In this document: positions 19,548 to 30,288 of the stretch, one piece after another | Numbering within the stretch: the stretch's first letter is position 1 | How the letters are laid out: the number at the start of each line of letters is the position of its first letter | From: Tetramitus jugosus | Taxonomy: Eukaryota; Protista; Heterolobosea | Reading direction: 5' to 3' | Assembly: GCA_937625935.1 (NCBI GenBank) | Contig: OW569390.1 | Span: 1-64,000, forward strand | DNA length: 64,000 nucleotides | The notes under the pieces: model-generated | Databases searched by the model: none | What the model was told of the DNA's origin: nothing | The model's input: only the letters and a program-made list of their open reading frames with translations | Program-made: the position numbers and the translations under genes

Positions 19548-22500
19548 TCACCAGAAAAGTCTTCTTGCAATTCTCACAGGAAGCAGTCTGACAATTACCT
19601 TTCTGAATTCATCCAGACAGAAGATGACGAGACCACATCCAATGGGGATAAGCCAGAACTGGAATGGCACGGGTCTGGTAGAGAAAATGCGATTGATGAG
19701 CGGCAAGTAAACGCAAACAAATGCCACACAAACCGAGAGGAATGAGAACACGAACAAATTCATGTTCTTGGTCCTGCCTCTGAACGGTAGTTGCTGGAAG
19801 AAGGATAGTTCCCTTGTCCTCGTCGAAATCAAATTACCAGTGATCTGAACCATGACAAGTGTGACAAAGAAGACACATTGACCTGTAAACTTCAACTCAT
19901 CCAATTGGTGTTGAGTCTTACCATAGAATCCAGCAGTATACTTGTCAAAAGCAAAGAATAAATCCCTGATTTTGAATCCTCCGAAGGAGCTCATGTAATA
20001 GAACCACATGCCAAAAGCAGATGTGCATTCCAAAACACCAAGGAACAAATAAGTATGTATCAATAGTTGAATGTTGACCAGGGTCTCGCGTGTCACAGAT
20101 CTTGGCTTCTTCTTCATGATATCTCTTTCACCTTCTTCATAAATGAGGGACAATGATGGGAATACATCGGTACCAGCACAAATGACGACCATCAAGAATG
20201 AACTCAGAGGAGTAGGAAGACCAAAGAATACGTTTCCTAAAACTGGAATCAACTCAGAGAAAGAACCAGCAGGAAGCATATACACCAGAACCTTCTTCAA
20301 ATTATCGAACGCTACTCTACCGAGCCTGACTCCAGTAACAATGGACGAGAACGAAGAATCAGTGAGCACAATATCAGCTGCCTCTCTAGCAATATCGGAT
20401 CCACTACCCATAGCAACACCCACGTTTGACTGCTTTAAAGCAGGACTATCATTCACTCCATCACCAATAGCGGCAACAACATGCTTCAATCTTTGACACT
20501 CCTTGACAATCTTTAACTTGTGCTCGGGTGTTGTTCTTGCAAACACGAGTTCTTTGTAGTTCAACAAGAAATACCATGTTTCCTTACTAAAGTTTGGTAT
20601 ATCAACTCCTTTCACAACAGCAGACTGAGTTCTCAAGTATTCCTTCTTCTCTTTCTTTGAACCGAATCGAGCGACAATATCCTGCATGCACTCATCACTC
20701 GTGATTGCATCCACGTGTTCATTCGTAACAATTCCGACCATTCTTGCAATAGACACTGCAGTTGTTGGATGATCTCCAGTCACCATCATTACTCTAATTC
20801 CTGCAGTTTGGCATTGCTTAATAGCATCTGGTACATCTACTTTTGGTGGATCAATCAAAGAAGCCAATCCCACAAAACATAGATTTTCCATTGGAAAATT
20901 ACGTGCTTCGACATCGAAATGATAAGTAGGAGGGTAGATACTCTCAGAGAGATAAGTACATGACAAGCCAAAGACTCTCTCTCCCTTCTCACTCAACGCT
21001 TCTTGCTCCTGTGCAATATTTTCTCTCATTTCTTGTGTCAATTCGACCTCAGCTCCATCTTCCATCAATATTGTTGTGCATCTGTCCAAAATCATCTCAG
21101 GTGCTCCCTTCATCATCAAGCACACCTGACCAGCGTGCCTGCTATTGCTTGGTTCAGCATAGATTGAAAGCATCCACTTATTCTTTGAATTGAATGGAAT
21201 TTCTACCAGTTTTTCATATCGACCTCTAACGTCATTGGTTCGGACCAGATCCTCAGAGAAGAGCAAGAGTGCTGTATCAGAGGCATCACCAACAACCTTC
21301 CTCTGTTGCAAAGGTAAATGTGCTGTTGTTTCATCAAACACAGCTCTATTACATAAACAACTGGTTTTCAGCAACTCCATAAACGATAAATTCACATCGT
21401 ATAAGCGTCTCATCTCTTCTCCGATCTGATATCTCCTGGAAGCAGAGAGGAAAATATTCATGACAGACATCTTATTCTGGGTTAAGGTACCAGTCTTATC
21501 TGAAGCAATGACACTAATGGAACCAAGTGTTTCGACAGTTGGTAAATTCTTCACCATGACATTGTGTTGAAACATCTTTCGTGCAATCAATGAAAAAGTG
21601 AGGGTAATTGACACGGGCAGACCATCTGGAAGTAGACCAACGACAGCACCAATAATGACAACAATCACACCAGAAACACTCATGAATGAAGGATACTTCT
21701 TCTTGAGCCACAGGCCATAGGCCAATGCAATAGCAAGGCAGACACAAAACGCGAAAGCAACAATAATCAATAAAAAGATATTAATCTCCCTATTAATAGG
21801 TGTGCTGGCTGTTCGTGTACCTCCTGATAGTCTATAAATCTTACCCATGACAGTTCTGTTACCTGTGGCAACCACAATCGCAGATCCTGATCCCTCGACA
21901 ATATTGGAACCCATAAACAACAAGTTCTTTGTTTCCATGTAGTTGACATCAGTGTGATCCACTGTGCAAGAGATAGGCTCAGACTCACCAGTCAACATTG
22001 ACTTGTCCATCTTCAATTGCTGAGTATCGATCACTCTGCAATCAGCTGGTACCTTGTTACCGTTACCCAACACGACAACATCACCCACAACAATGTCCTT
22101 CAATGGAATCTCAGTGGATGAACCATTCCGAATCACAATTGCTGTTTGAGGCAACATTTTTCCAATGGCAGACATAACCTTGAGAGACTGATAGTCCTGA
22201 TAGGCATTAAAGAAGGCATTAATGAAAATGACTGCAAAAATGACGATTGCAAGACCTAAACTAGCTGGATCTGGAACTGGTTTACCAAATGGTTGATAAG
22301 CCAACACACAAGCAATGGCAGCAGGCCACAAGATCAAACTGAATCCACCGAAAAAGTACATGAGAAACTTGAAAATCTTGGACAGATAATTGGTCTGACG
22401 AATCGTATTCGCTCCATCTCTGGCAAGCCTTTGTCTCGCCTGTTCAGAAGTCAATCCAGAATGAATATTGGACTCTGTTCTCTTCTCCAAATCAGACAAT

Positions 22501-22940
22501 GAAATCACATGAAAATCAATCTTCATTTCTTCCTTGAGTTCCCCAGATTGTGTCTCATCGACAACCTTGTTGGGCGCAATGCTCAACTCTGCCACATCCT
22601 CACGATTCTTGTCCATGCTCAGAGCAACCGATAAACCAGTAGATCGATAATTGAACTCTGCTGCCAACTGATTTCCACCACTGATGCTGTTACTTCGACC
22701 ACGTTCATAACCATTGTCACCACCACCAACATTGTTATTGATATCAACCTTGTGAATCGCGTCGATATGATCCAATGAATCAAGGTCCAGACTGGGTCTG
22801 TAGAGATTGGTTTGACTGTCTGAAGTGTTTAATGTTCCTTCAGAGTCAACATAGCACGAGTCTTCTGGATTGTCGTGGACTCGTTGAGTTTCGGGAAGCT
22901 CAATGAACAAGTCACTGTTGTTGCTGCCGTGAGAACTCAT
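19548..22940 (-). CDS. P-type ATPase, type IIC (Na+/K+- or H+/K+-ATPase alpha-like)
   Basis: LTGESEP, ASDKTGTLT, PFNSKNK, MKGAPE, MVTGDHP, FARTTPEHK, GDGVNDSPALK, with about 10 TM segments. Confidence 0.95.
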   Translation of the reverse strand: MSSHGSNNSDLFIELPETQRVHDNPEDSCYVDSEGTLNTSDSQTNLYRPSLDLDSLDHIDAIHKVDINNNVGGGDNGYERGRSNSISGGNQLAAEFNYRSTGLSVALSMDKNREDVAELSIAPNKVVDETQSGELKEEMKIDFHVISLSDLEKRTESNIHSGLTSEQARQRLARDGANTIRQTNYLSKIFKFLMYFFGGFSLILWPAAIACVLAYQPFGKPVPDPASLGLAIVIFAVIFINAFFNAYQDYQSLKVMSAIGKMLPQTAIVIRNGSSTEIPLKDIVVGDVVVLGNGNKVPADCRVIDTQQLKMDKSMLTGESEPISCTVDHTDVNYMETKNLLFMGSNIVEGSGSAIVVATGNRTVMGKIYRLSGGTRTASTPINREINIFLLIIVAFAFCVCLAIALAYGLWLKKKYPSFMSVSGVIVVIIGAVVGLLPDGLPVSITLTFSLIARKMFQHNVMVKNLPTVETLGSISVIASDKTGTLTQNKMSVMNIFLSASRRYQIGEEMRRLYDVNLSFMELLKTSCLCNRAVFDETTAHLPLQQRKVVGDASDTALLLFSEDLVRTNDVRGRYEKLVEIPFNSKNKWMLSIYAEPSNSRHAGQVCLMMKGAPEMILDRCTTILMEDGAEVELTQEMRENIAQEQEALSEKGERVFGLSCTYLSESIYPPTYHFDVEARNFPMENLCFVGLASLIDPPKVDVPDAIKQCQTAGIRVMMVTGDHPTTAVSIARMVGIVTNEHVDAITSDECMQDIVARFGSKKEKKEYLRTQSAVVKGVDIPNFSKETWYFLLNYKELVFARTTPEHKLKIVKECQRLKHVVAAIGDGVNDSPALKQSNVGVAMGSGSDIAREAADIVLTDSSFSSIVTGVRLGRVAFDNLKKVLVYMLPAGSFSELIPVLGNVFFGLPTPLSSFLMVVICAGTDVFPSLSLIYEEGERDIMKKKPRSVTRETLVNIQLLIHTYLFLGVLECTSAFGMWFYYMSSFGGFKIRDLFFAFDKYTAGFYGKTQHQLDELKFTGQCVFFVTLVMVQITGNLISTRTRELSFFQQLPFRGRTKNMNLFVFSFLSVCVAFVCVYLPLINRIFSTRPVPFQFWLIPIGCGLVIFCLDEFRKVIVRLLPVRIARRLFW

Positions 22941-23200
22941 TAGAAGGTAAGATTTTGTTGTTTGTGTGTTGGTTGGTGTCTCTAGGAAACTTGATGATTT
23001 TTTGCAGATACCTTGGGAATCTCAGAGGGTGTGATATTTTGCTTGATACCTTCAACAGTTCATCAAATAGGTATCAAAATTCCTTGGTGGGAACACCGAA
23101 AGGTTGCGACGTCGGATGCGAGTTCGACTGTTCTCAAGCCAAGAGGAAGCTCAACTCCGCCCAATTTACTGAATCGCGAACGCGATTTGAAATGTAAATT

Positions 23201-23668
23201 TTACTTGAATTCATAATAAGTGGTAGTCCAGCCATCAAACTCCCTGAAATCGCCTGTTCCTCTGTAGTCGGATCCATGAATCAATAGAACATGACCCATA
23301 CCATCGCTTTGTCGCTCCTGGTAGGCCGCACAGATCCCCTTTGGTTCTTCCAAAGAAGCTGTGCCATACTTTTTGAAGAATCTTTCGTGAATCTCCTTGG
23401 CGAGCACTGGTCTTCCGCTCTTACAAACAGTGTAACCCTTGGAGACACGTGTAGGCAATGGCAAAGCTTCTTCTTCCAATTGAAGACTTGCACGATCTTC
23501 AACCTTGTTCTCTTCTTCTTCTCTTGGAGCTGATCCACCATCCAATTCAGTGAATCCAGCTTTGATCAGGGCATTAGTCACATAGTGACCACAATTATTC
23601 TCCAATAGATCTCCGCAAGTGCATTGACCATCATACACATCATAAGCTGCTTCTAACAATGACGACAT
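23201..23668 (-). CDS. Small Cys-His protein, possibly an NlpC/P60-like amidase
   Basis: NNCGHYVTNALIKAG (putative catalytic Cys helix) and GHVLL (His strand). Start MSSLL after an A-rich leader. Confidence 0.55.
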   Translation of the reverse strand: MSSLLEAAYDVYDGQCTCGDLLENNCGHYVTNALIKAGFTELDGGSAPREEEENKVEDRASLQLEEEALPLPTRVSKGYTVCKSGRPVLAKEIHERFFKKYGTASLEEPKGICAAYQERQSDGMGHVLLIHGSDYRGTGDFREFDGWTTTYYEFK

Positions 23669-23846
23669 TTTTTTGTTGATTTGTCCTTGCTTCTCGCAAA
23701 GAAACACAGAGCTTGAATTTGAACGGACTTTCAAGAAATTTTTTTGGGCGGCTGAAACCAAACCTCTGCCTAGAAAGTGGTGTGGGTGTATTGAGTTCCC
23801 GATCCGTATGGTTGAATTACAATTGAATACAATGTAAAATCTTCAT

Positions 23847-25016
23847 TTAATTTTCGTTCGTGTTGTTCGAACCATTGGTAGAAATAGTTTGGCCATGTTG
23901 CATGGTCACAAAATAGTCGGCTGGCAATCCTCGTTCCTGCAGTTCCTTCTCCAAATGAAGCTTAGGTTCCATGACTGGTTCGGTCGTAAGGACAAAAGTT
24001 CCCCAATGCATTCCTATACTCTTATTGGCATGGATGTCCAAACTGATTTGTACAGCTTCAGATGGATTGACGTGCTGTGGTGCCATGAACCAACGAGGCT
24101 CGTACGCTCCAATAGGAATCAGTGCCAAGTCAAATGGTCCCTCATGATTACCAATCTCCTTGAACAAATCAGAAGAATAACCAGTGTCACCAGCAAAGAA
24201 AAATTTCTTGTTCGAGTGGAGAGATGTGACGGACCAGGAACCCCAGAGTGTTTGATTCTTGTCAGTCACAGATCGAGTACTCCAGTGCATGGCAGGAAGG
24301 AACGTGAACTTGAATTGATTATGCTCTGCGGATGCCCACCAATCAAGCTCCATGACTCTCTCTTCAGCAACACCTGCCACATCAATAAACCACTTCTTGA
24401 TCCTCAGAGGAACAAAGAACGTTGGCTCATGATGCTTCTCCAGATCCAATATACTCTGATAATCCAAATGATCATAATGATTGTGAGAAATAATGACCAT
24501 ATCGACCTTGGTAGGCAAATCTTGAACAGTGCTCGGAACGGGAACGAGCCTAGCAGGACCAACAAACTGCGTAGGAGCACAACGATGAGAAAACACTGGG
24601 TCCGTAATGACAGTCAATCCATCAATCTGAACCAAAAAGGTCGAATGACCAATCCAAGTCACTTGAAAGCTTGTAGAGTCAGTAGGTGACTGTATATCAG
24701 CAGAATCCAGTGATTTCAGTGGTAAATCGAAAGAGTCCTTTGACCAAGTCATGCTCTGCTTGATCATGTCTTTTTGGAAGCACAGGAGATCGTAGATGGA
24801 AGAGGATGGATCTTTCCACTCTTTCCACGGATTTCTAAACTTGGTTTCATCGTCAGGGTGAACGTGATGCTGTTGGTTTTTGGTCTCTGTTGAAATTTCG
24901 TGTTTGGCAGCTGTAGTGAACATTTTAGTAGTGGATGATGTTGGTTTTGGTGAGAAAGAGTATAAATTTCGTCTACTGAGATTAACCAGTTGTTTCTTGA
25001 GAGTGGACAAGTGCAT
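23847..25016 (-). CDS. NAPEPLD: NAPE-PLD-like metallo-beta-lactamase fold hydrolase
   Basis: FRNPW, TWIGHSTF, TDPVFS, ISHNHYDHLD, PAMHWS, FAGDTGY, PIGAYEPRWF, MHWGTF. Confidence 0.9.
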   Translation of the reverse strand: MHLSTLKKQLVNLSRRNLYSFSPKPTSSTTKMFTTAAKHEISTETKNQQHHVHPDDETKFRNPWKEWKDPSSSIYDLLCFQKDMIKQSMTWSKDSFDLPLKSLDSADIQSPTDSTSFQVTWIGHSTFLVQIDGLTVITDPVFSHRCAPTQFVGPARLVPVPSTVQDLPTKVDMVIISHNHYDHLDYQSILDLEKHHEPTFFVPLRIKKWFIDVAGVAEERVMELDWWASAEHNQFKFTFLPAMHWSTRSVTDKNQTLWGSWSVTSLHSNKKFFFAGDTGYSSDLFKEIGNHEGPFDLALIPIGAYEPRWFMAPQHVNPSEAVQISLDIHANKSIGMHWGTFVLTTEPVMEPKLHLEKELQERGLPADYFVTMQHGQTISTNGSNNTNEN

Positions 25017-25184
25017 TCAAATTCTGAGCTTTTGTGTTCCTTGTGTCTGGGCAAGGAAGAGTCAATCGCTCTAAACGCTCTGGCGCAATGAGGACAACAT
25101 CTCCATCCTTTGCGCACAAACACGGGTTGAAAAACTTCGCCCGATTTCTGGAACTTTTTTCTCCCGGTTCATCGAAAAAAAAGA

Positions 25185-26780
25185 ATGCAGAAACGACCAA
25201 GAGGAAGACCACGCAAACGGTCCATTCAACACCATAAAACACTTCTCGCTGATTTCATCAAGGATGATAGTGTATCTGTTTCTCTACCATTCCACGGTCA
25301 AACTGAATCCGTCTTGACTCACACTCCTCTCGTTGCTTCATTGGATCAAACTGCCAATTTGTGGCACAAGAAACTTTTATCAACAACAACAACAGCAAGT
25401 CCAGATGGTGATGATCCACAAAGTGAAGGTGTCAATGTTTCATTTTCGTCCATTGCAAAAATTCATTATCCATCATCATCATCGTCAATGGCTAGTGGTG
25501 GTAGTGATGGTGGTTCTAGTACTCTTGAACTAAGTTGGCATAATTGCTTACAACCGGATGCACTCTTGTTTACAAGCATTTTGGTGGATGAGTATGTGAA
25601 GCATGCTTGTGGTGTTACTGATGATCATGTTAGTGGTGATGATGATAACAATGGGTCATCCATTCGGCATCCTGACTTGGTATTGAACGAGAAGATTAAT
25701 CATTACCTGAAATTAGTGCGCAACCGGTGTCCAAGAAAACTCAAAGTCATTCAATACTTGCAACGTCATTCCATTGTTTCATTCCATCAACTTAAGACTG
25801 TGTTGGGTATGCAAGCAGTACCGAGTCGCAACTATTGCAAAGCGGTGAATAAGCTAAGGGAAAGAGGGATCATTGGTCACACGGAACCATTGTACTTGGA
25901 AGAGAGACACTTGGGTATCAAGAAGCCATTATATCGGTATGTACTGGCCGATAGTCCAAACTCTTGGGAGAATGTAATTTCGCCCCGCAGAATTCAAACT
26001 GTGGTTCGATATATTCAACGTTATTCGGCTTCGATAACGATTCGACAGATTTGTAATCACTTGAGGCTTCCGTTTGCAAAAGCAAAGTTTTTATTGTGTT
26101 TTCTATCGAACTGGACTCGTCTCGTGTCCTTTTCGATCATCTCAAGCCACGAGAATGATGTGGAATTCAAGTGTACTGTCAATTCAAAATGGGAAACACT
26201 GATCCAATCGTTGAAGGAACGTCGTGGTAAGAGGGCAAACGGCACAGCAACAGACACTGCAGACGATGGCTACGTGGCCGATGCCGCAAACAGTGAAGAC
26301 GAGGGTGAATATGGAGCACAACCGATTTCAAAGGAAGAAACTATTGCACTCCAGTTGATTGAAGACAGTGAACCAGAGGAATCTACAGAGACTACAACAA
26401 GCAATGAAAGATCAATTATTGCCCAGACACATTACACGAATGACAACGTGTACGAAAAGATTACCAGTACATCGATGGATATGGATGACAACATGGGTCC
26501 ACCTAGTAGGAAACGCAGAAAGATCTCTCGATCCAATAGGCTTCAATCTATTCCGGACGATGACCTGGAGGTGCATGACGATGACTTGTCTGACGTTCTG
26601 TCGTACGAATCTGGAGGTGCCATGTTCACAGACAGTGAGTTCTCCTATGTCCATCGTTTCTCACAACAGGAAGTCTCATCGAGCAGCAGCAGCAGTGAAG
26701 AAGAAGAACAGAACGATCCTGACATTCAAGTCAATGACACCTCCAACTTTATCTCAACTCTGCTCATTCGAAAGCGGTAA
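25185..26780 (+). CDS. Hypothetical nuclear protein with an AT-hook and possible winged-helix domains
   Basis: N-terminal KRPRGRPRK, HTH-like segments, NLS RKRRK, acidic tail. Confidence 0.7.
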   Translation: MQKRPRGRPRKRSIQHHKTLLADFIKDDSVSVSLPFHGQTESVLTHTPLVASLDQTANLWHKKLLSTTTTASPDGDDPQSEGVNVSFSSIAKIHYPSSSSSMASGGSDGGSSTLELSWHNCLQPDALLFTSILVDEYVKHACGVTDDHVSGDDDNNGSSIRHPDLVLNEKINHYLKLVRNRCPRKLKVIQYLQRHSIVSFHQLKTVLGMQAVPSRNYCKAVNKLRERGIIGHTEPLYLEERHLGIKKPLYRYVLADSPNSWENVISPRRIQTVVRYIQRYSASITIRQICNHLRLPFAKAKFLLCFLSNWTRLVSFSIISSHENDVEFKCTVNSKWETLIQSLKERRGKRANGTATDTADDGYVADAANSEDEGEYGAQPISKEETIALQLIEDSEPEESTETTTSNERSIIAQTHYTNDNVYEKITSTSMDMDDNMGPPSRKRRKISRSNRLQSIPDDDLEVHDDDLSDVLSYESGGAMFTDSEFSYVHRFSQQEVSSSSSSSEEEEQNDPDIQVNDTSNFISTLLIRKR

Positions 26781-26938
26781 AATGAACTTGCTTTACACAC
26801 ATGAAAAAAAACCCAAAAATATCTCTCCCCGATCCGCACAACTCATAAAAAGTCGATCACCAACAAGAAGAAGAAAATCAGAAGAAAAAAACAACAGCAA
26901 CAACAATAGCACACACACCTTTTGATTTTTTATTATCA

Positions 26939-27963
26939 ATGCGACTACTAGGTGGTGAAAAATATGAACCATTGCTTCCTCCACTCAGACCATGGAAGAA
27001 TGAATTTATGGGTAAAATGAGTAAACCTTCGTTTTCACGTCTCGAAACCAATGTCACCTACTATCAATCCAACTATTTGATATTGTGCATGATTATTCTA
27101 TTGATTAGTGTCATGTTTACTGGTGTTGCATTCATTGTTTGTCCCATCATTGCCCACATGATTTATTTCACATCGATTCGACAGAGTAATGAATTGGTGA
27201 TTGGTGCAGGTACTTCTAGACCGATTCGCATTACAAAGAATATGGTTTTGATTGCTTCGAGTTGCATTAGTGTCGTGTTGATTGTGTTGACTGGTCATTG
27301 GAAGAATTTGGCTGTTTCTTATGCTGTTTCTACACTGTGTACGTATGAGAGAGACACACGTGTGTGTGTGTGCGCGATCTGACTTTTGAGATTTTCTTTT
27401 TTGTGTGTTCCCAAGAAATTTTTTTTTCTTGTTGTTGTTGTGATCGCGCAGAAGATCTTAACGCTTGTTTTTTTCGTTTGTGTTCTCTTTGCTGCGTTCT
27501 CTTTGCTTTTATGATGTGTCTTACGACAGTAATTATGCTTCACATGGTGTCACGTGAGAGACAAACAGCAAGAAACAAGAATCAAGCATTCAAATCCAAT
27601 CCTCATCGCATCTTTGACCCAGATGAGATGCTCAGAAGAGATGCAATGGAAAGAAGTAGCAGCAGCAGCAGTGGTGTTAGTTCCTCATTTGCTACAACAG
27701 TCACTGGTGCCATGTATCAACCATCTCAACAACAACAACAACAATATCAACCATATCAACAACAACAGCAAAATCAATATCAACAACAGCAGTATCAACA
27801 ACATCAACAGTCATATGCACCATCAATGAGATCAGACTTTAGTATGACTACTTCTGGAAGTGTGGATTCGCCCACTGCGAGCAAACGGGCTACTCATGCA
27901 GCAAGATCAGAGAATAGACAACAGACTACACGTCAAAAGATGAAGGAGTATGGTTTGGATTAA
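26939..27963 (+). CDS. PRA1 family prenylated Rab acceptor; join(26939..27338,27530..27963)
   Basis: LRPW.EF, RLETNVTYYQSNY. A phase-1 GTACGT...CAG intron restores STLLIMLHMVSR. Gln-rich tail. Confidence 0.85.
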
Positions 27964-28304
27964 GGTTAAGCAATCTATTTGTTTGTGAACAAAGTACTCT
28001 CAATTCTTCTATGCATAAAAGACAATCTATTTTATTTAAAGTGCGGGGGGGGTGATCGCTTGTGACAAATCCACCATATTATTTTTTTAGCATTGTGCTT
28101 AAGGTGGCGGATACTTGACAAACCAATATATTCTTCGTCTATGTATGACCTGGCAAGAAGTATCATATCCAGCACGAACCAGCAAGAACATGTTTCATTC
28201 GCGGAGATTTTGTGTTTCGACTATTCCTGCAAGATATCTCGGATCAGAATAAAAGCAGAACTATCTCATACAAGAATTTCCAATAGAAACAAAAGCTGAA
28301 CACA

Positions 28305-29351
28305 ATGACAGACAATCAAAGTCAAGAATTCGAGAGTACCAACTATACCGACAATCAAAATCTTGTTGAAGAGGAACAATTATTGACTGTAAATATTTTC
28401 AAGTTGCTGTCCTGTGACATTCAAATGAACATTTTAACATTCCTGTGCATTCACGACTTGTATCCTATTTCATTGAGTTGCAAACACGGTGCATCACTGG
28501 TTATGAGTCCTGAGACCGATGGATGCGTGTGGGGCTCTGTGGCAATTCAGCTCGGATTCAATAAGGAAGAAACCATTCGAGCCATCATGCAGGAACAGCA
28601 AGAAGAAAATCAAATGAAGAACCACGAGTTTCCTGAAGAGGAAACAACCACCAATGGTCTACCACCTTCCATGTGGAGAACTTTTGTTCATTCGAATTTC
28701 ATCAATTGGGATCCTGATACAAGAGTACCTAACTCAGACATTCGTTTGTACAATCGCAACAGAACAATATCATGCGTGAAAACCGACAGGTGGTACACGA
28801 TCCGAACCAATAGAAAACTTGAAATGGGTAAAATTTATTGTTGGGAGTACCACCTTGATGAGCATGACAATGGACTTTACAATGGATCGAGAGTATATGT
28901 TGGAATCGAGAGGAGTACCTATCCTTTTTCGAAAAGAGAATGTGACACCAACAAAGTTATTGGTCGTTGGAGTGATGGTGTTAGTTATAGTGTTGGTCAA
29001 CATTCAGTTCACAGGTTACGGGACTACCGAATTAACAACCCAGATCTTCGATCTATCTTGTACGACAAACATTTTGTGTTCAGTTCAGGTGACAAAATTG
29101 CAATGAAGCTCGATTTGAAGAATCTGAATGCCTCAAACACTGCTTCCATGCATCTTTTCAAGAACAATGAGTACTTCCTCACCATTTCAGACATTCTGAC
29201 ACAAGATATCTTATACTATCCTGCCATATCAGTCATTGGCCATCAAAGAGTGACCATCCGAATGAAGCATCCTCACACCATGCTCGAGGGCCCGATCCAC
29301 ATGAATGTGGAGCAATATGAGAAACATCCGTCTGCTTGCTCGATTCAATAA
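28305..29351 (+). CDS. F-box protein with a SPRY-like C-terminal domain
   Basis: LSCDIQMNILTFL...ISLSCK, YCWEYHL, VYVGI, FSSGDKIAMKLD, FKNNE, YYPAISV. Confidence 0.8.
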   Translation: MTDNQSQEFESTNYTDNQNLVEEEQLLTVNIFKLLSCDIQMNILTFLCIHDLYPISLSCKHGASLVMSPETDGCVWGSVAIQLGFNKEETIRAIMQEQQEENQMKNHEFPEEETTTNGLPPSMWRTFVHSNFINWDPDTRVPNSDIRLYNRNRTISCVKTDRWYTIRTNRKLEMGKIYCWEYHLDEHDNGLYNGSRVYVGIERSTYPFSKRECDTNKVIGRWSDGVSYSVGQHSVHRLRDYRINNPDLRSILYDKHFVFSSGDKIAMKLDLKNLNASNTASMHLFKNNEYFLTISDILTQDILYYPAISVIGHQRVTIRMKHPHTMLEGPIHMNVEQYEKHPSACSIQ

Positions 29352-30288
29352 TTATGTTATTGAATAACACGATCTTTCGACACACATGACACTTAAATTT
29401 CTGTTGTTTAGGAAAGAAAATGACTACAACTCGGAATCGAGCGTAATAATACTATTGGGTAGGATGATCCTTCCTCTCCTCCAGAAATTTTTTCTCCCTC
29501 AAGTGGATTTCACTATGGGATGAAGCATCGATCATAGTCATGCCCCTTCTACTAAATAGGACTCAGGGATGTTTGTTTTCCAGATCAAATTCGTCCAGGA
29601 ACACCTCAGGAGGTACATACATGATATCTTAAGCACGAATCTGACCAGTGTAAAAACTTCTCTTATTTCTTCCAGGACTAAAAGCATCAACAGAGAGAAG
29701 TTCCACTATATCCTCATGAATGGTGTATGAAGCAAAGATCTCAGACTTTGAGAGAAGAGTTATCCAAGCAAGGCCTTAGAGTAATATGTACGAAGGTCGA
29801 TATGACACGAAAGTGGATTACCTATTGCAATCAACCGAGTTGTCGATCCTGACTGATGATAAAACGAGCAATGTTACTTTGATGAACGAATTGACAAGAA
29901 TTGATCATAGTGAATTCCGAGCTCTTGTTGCCAAAAGACTACCTATCTGGATAATTCAGCTTACTATGAGTAACGGAAGCTCCTAATTTTCCACGTATCA
30001 ATGTTCGGTCCTCTTTCGATGATTGACATTCACACTACGATCCAACAAGAAGATGATAACAATAACAATGAATTTTATAACTTTAATAGATATTTTCCAT
30101 CTTATGAATCCTCATACTGAGAAGGAATTTGCTTTGTCAATGACATGTCAAGTATTTAACAGAAGGATGGAGGGACTGACACCTGAGACTCTATCATATG
30201 TCCGTTCTTGAACGTAGGTGGCTCATAGGAAACTTGAGTCCAGCTCTGCGTTGTTTGTTTTGAATTTACAATATTTACGAAGAGGATG

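Noticed and set aside
23889-24689. Long antisense ORFs (also 49253-50035, 60706-61832, 42737-43279)
   Set aside because: They lie opposite well-supported genes, and their length is explained by sense-strand codon bias.
29400-30280. WDEAS motif suggesting a PIF1/Helitron helicase fragment
   Set aside because: A single short motif in decayed sequence; no other helicase motifs or Helitron ends.
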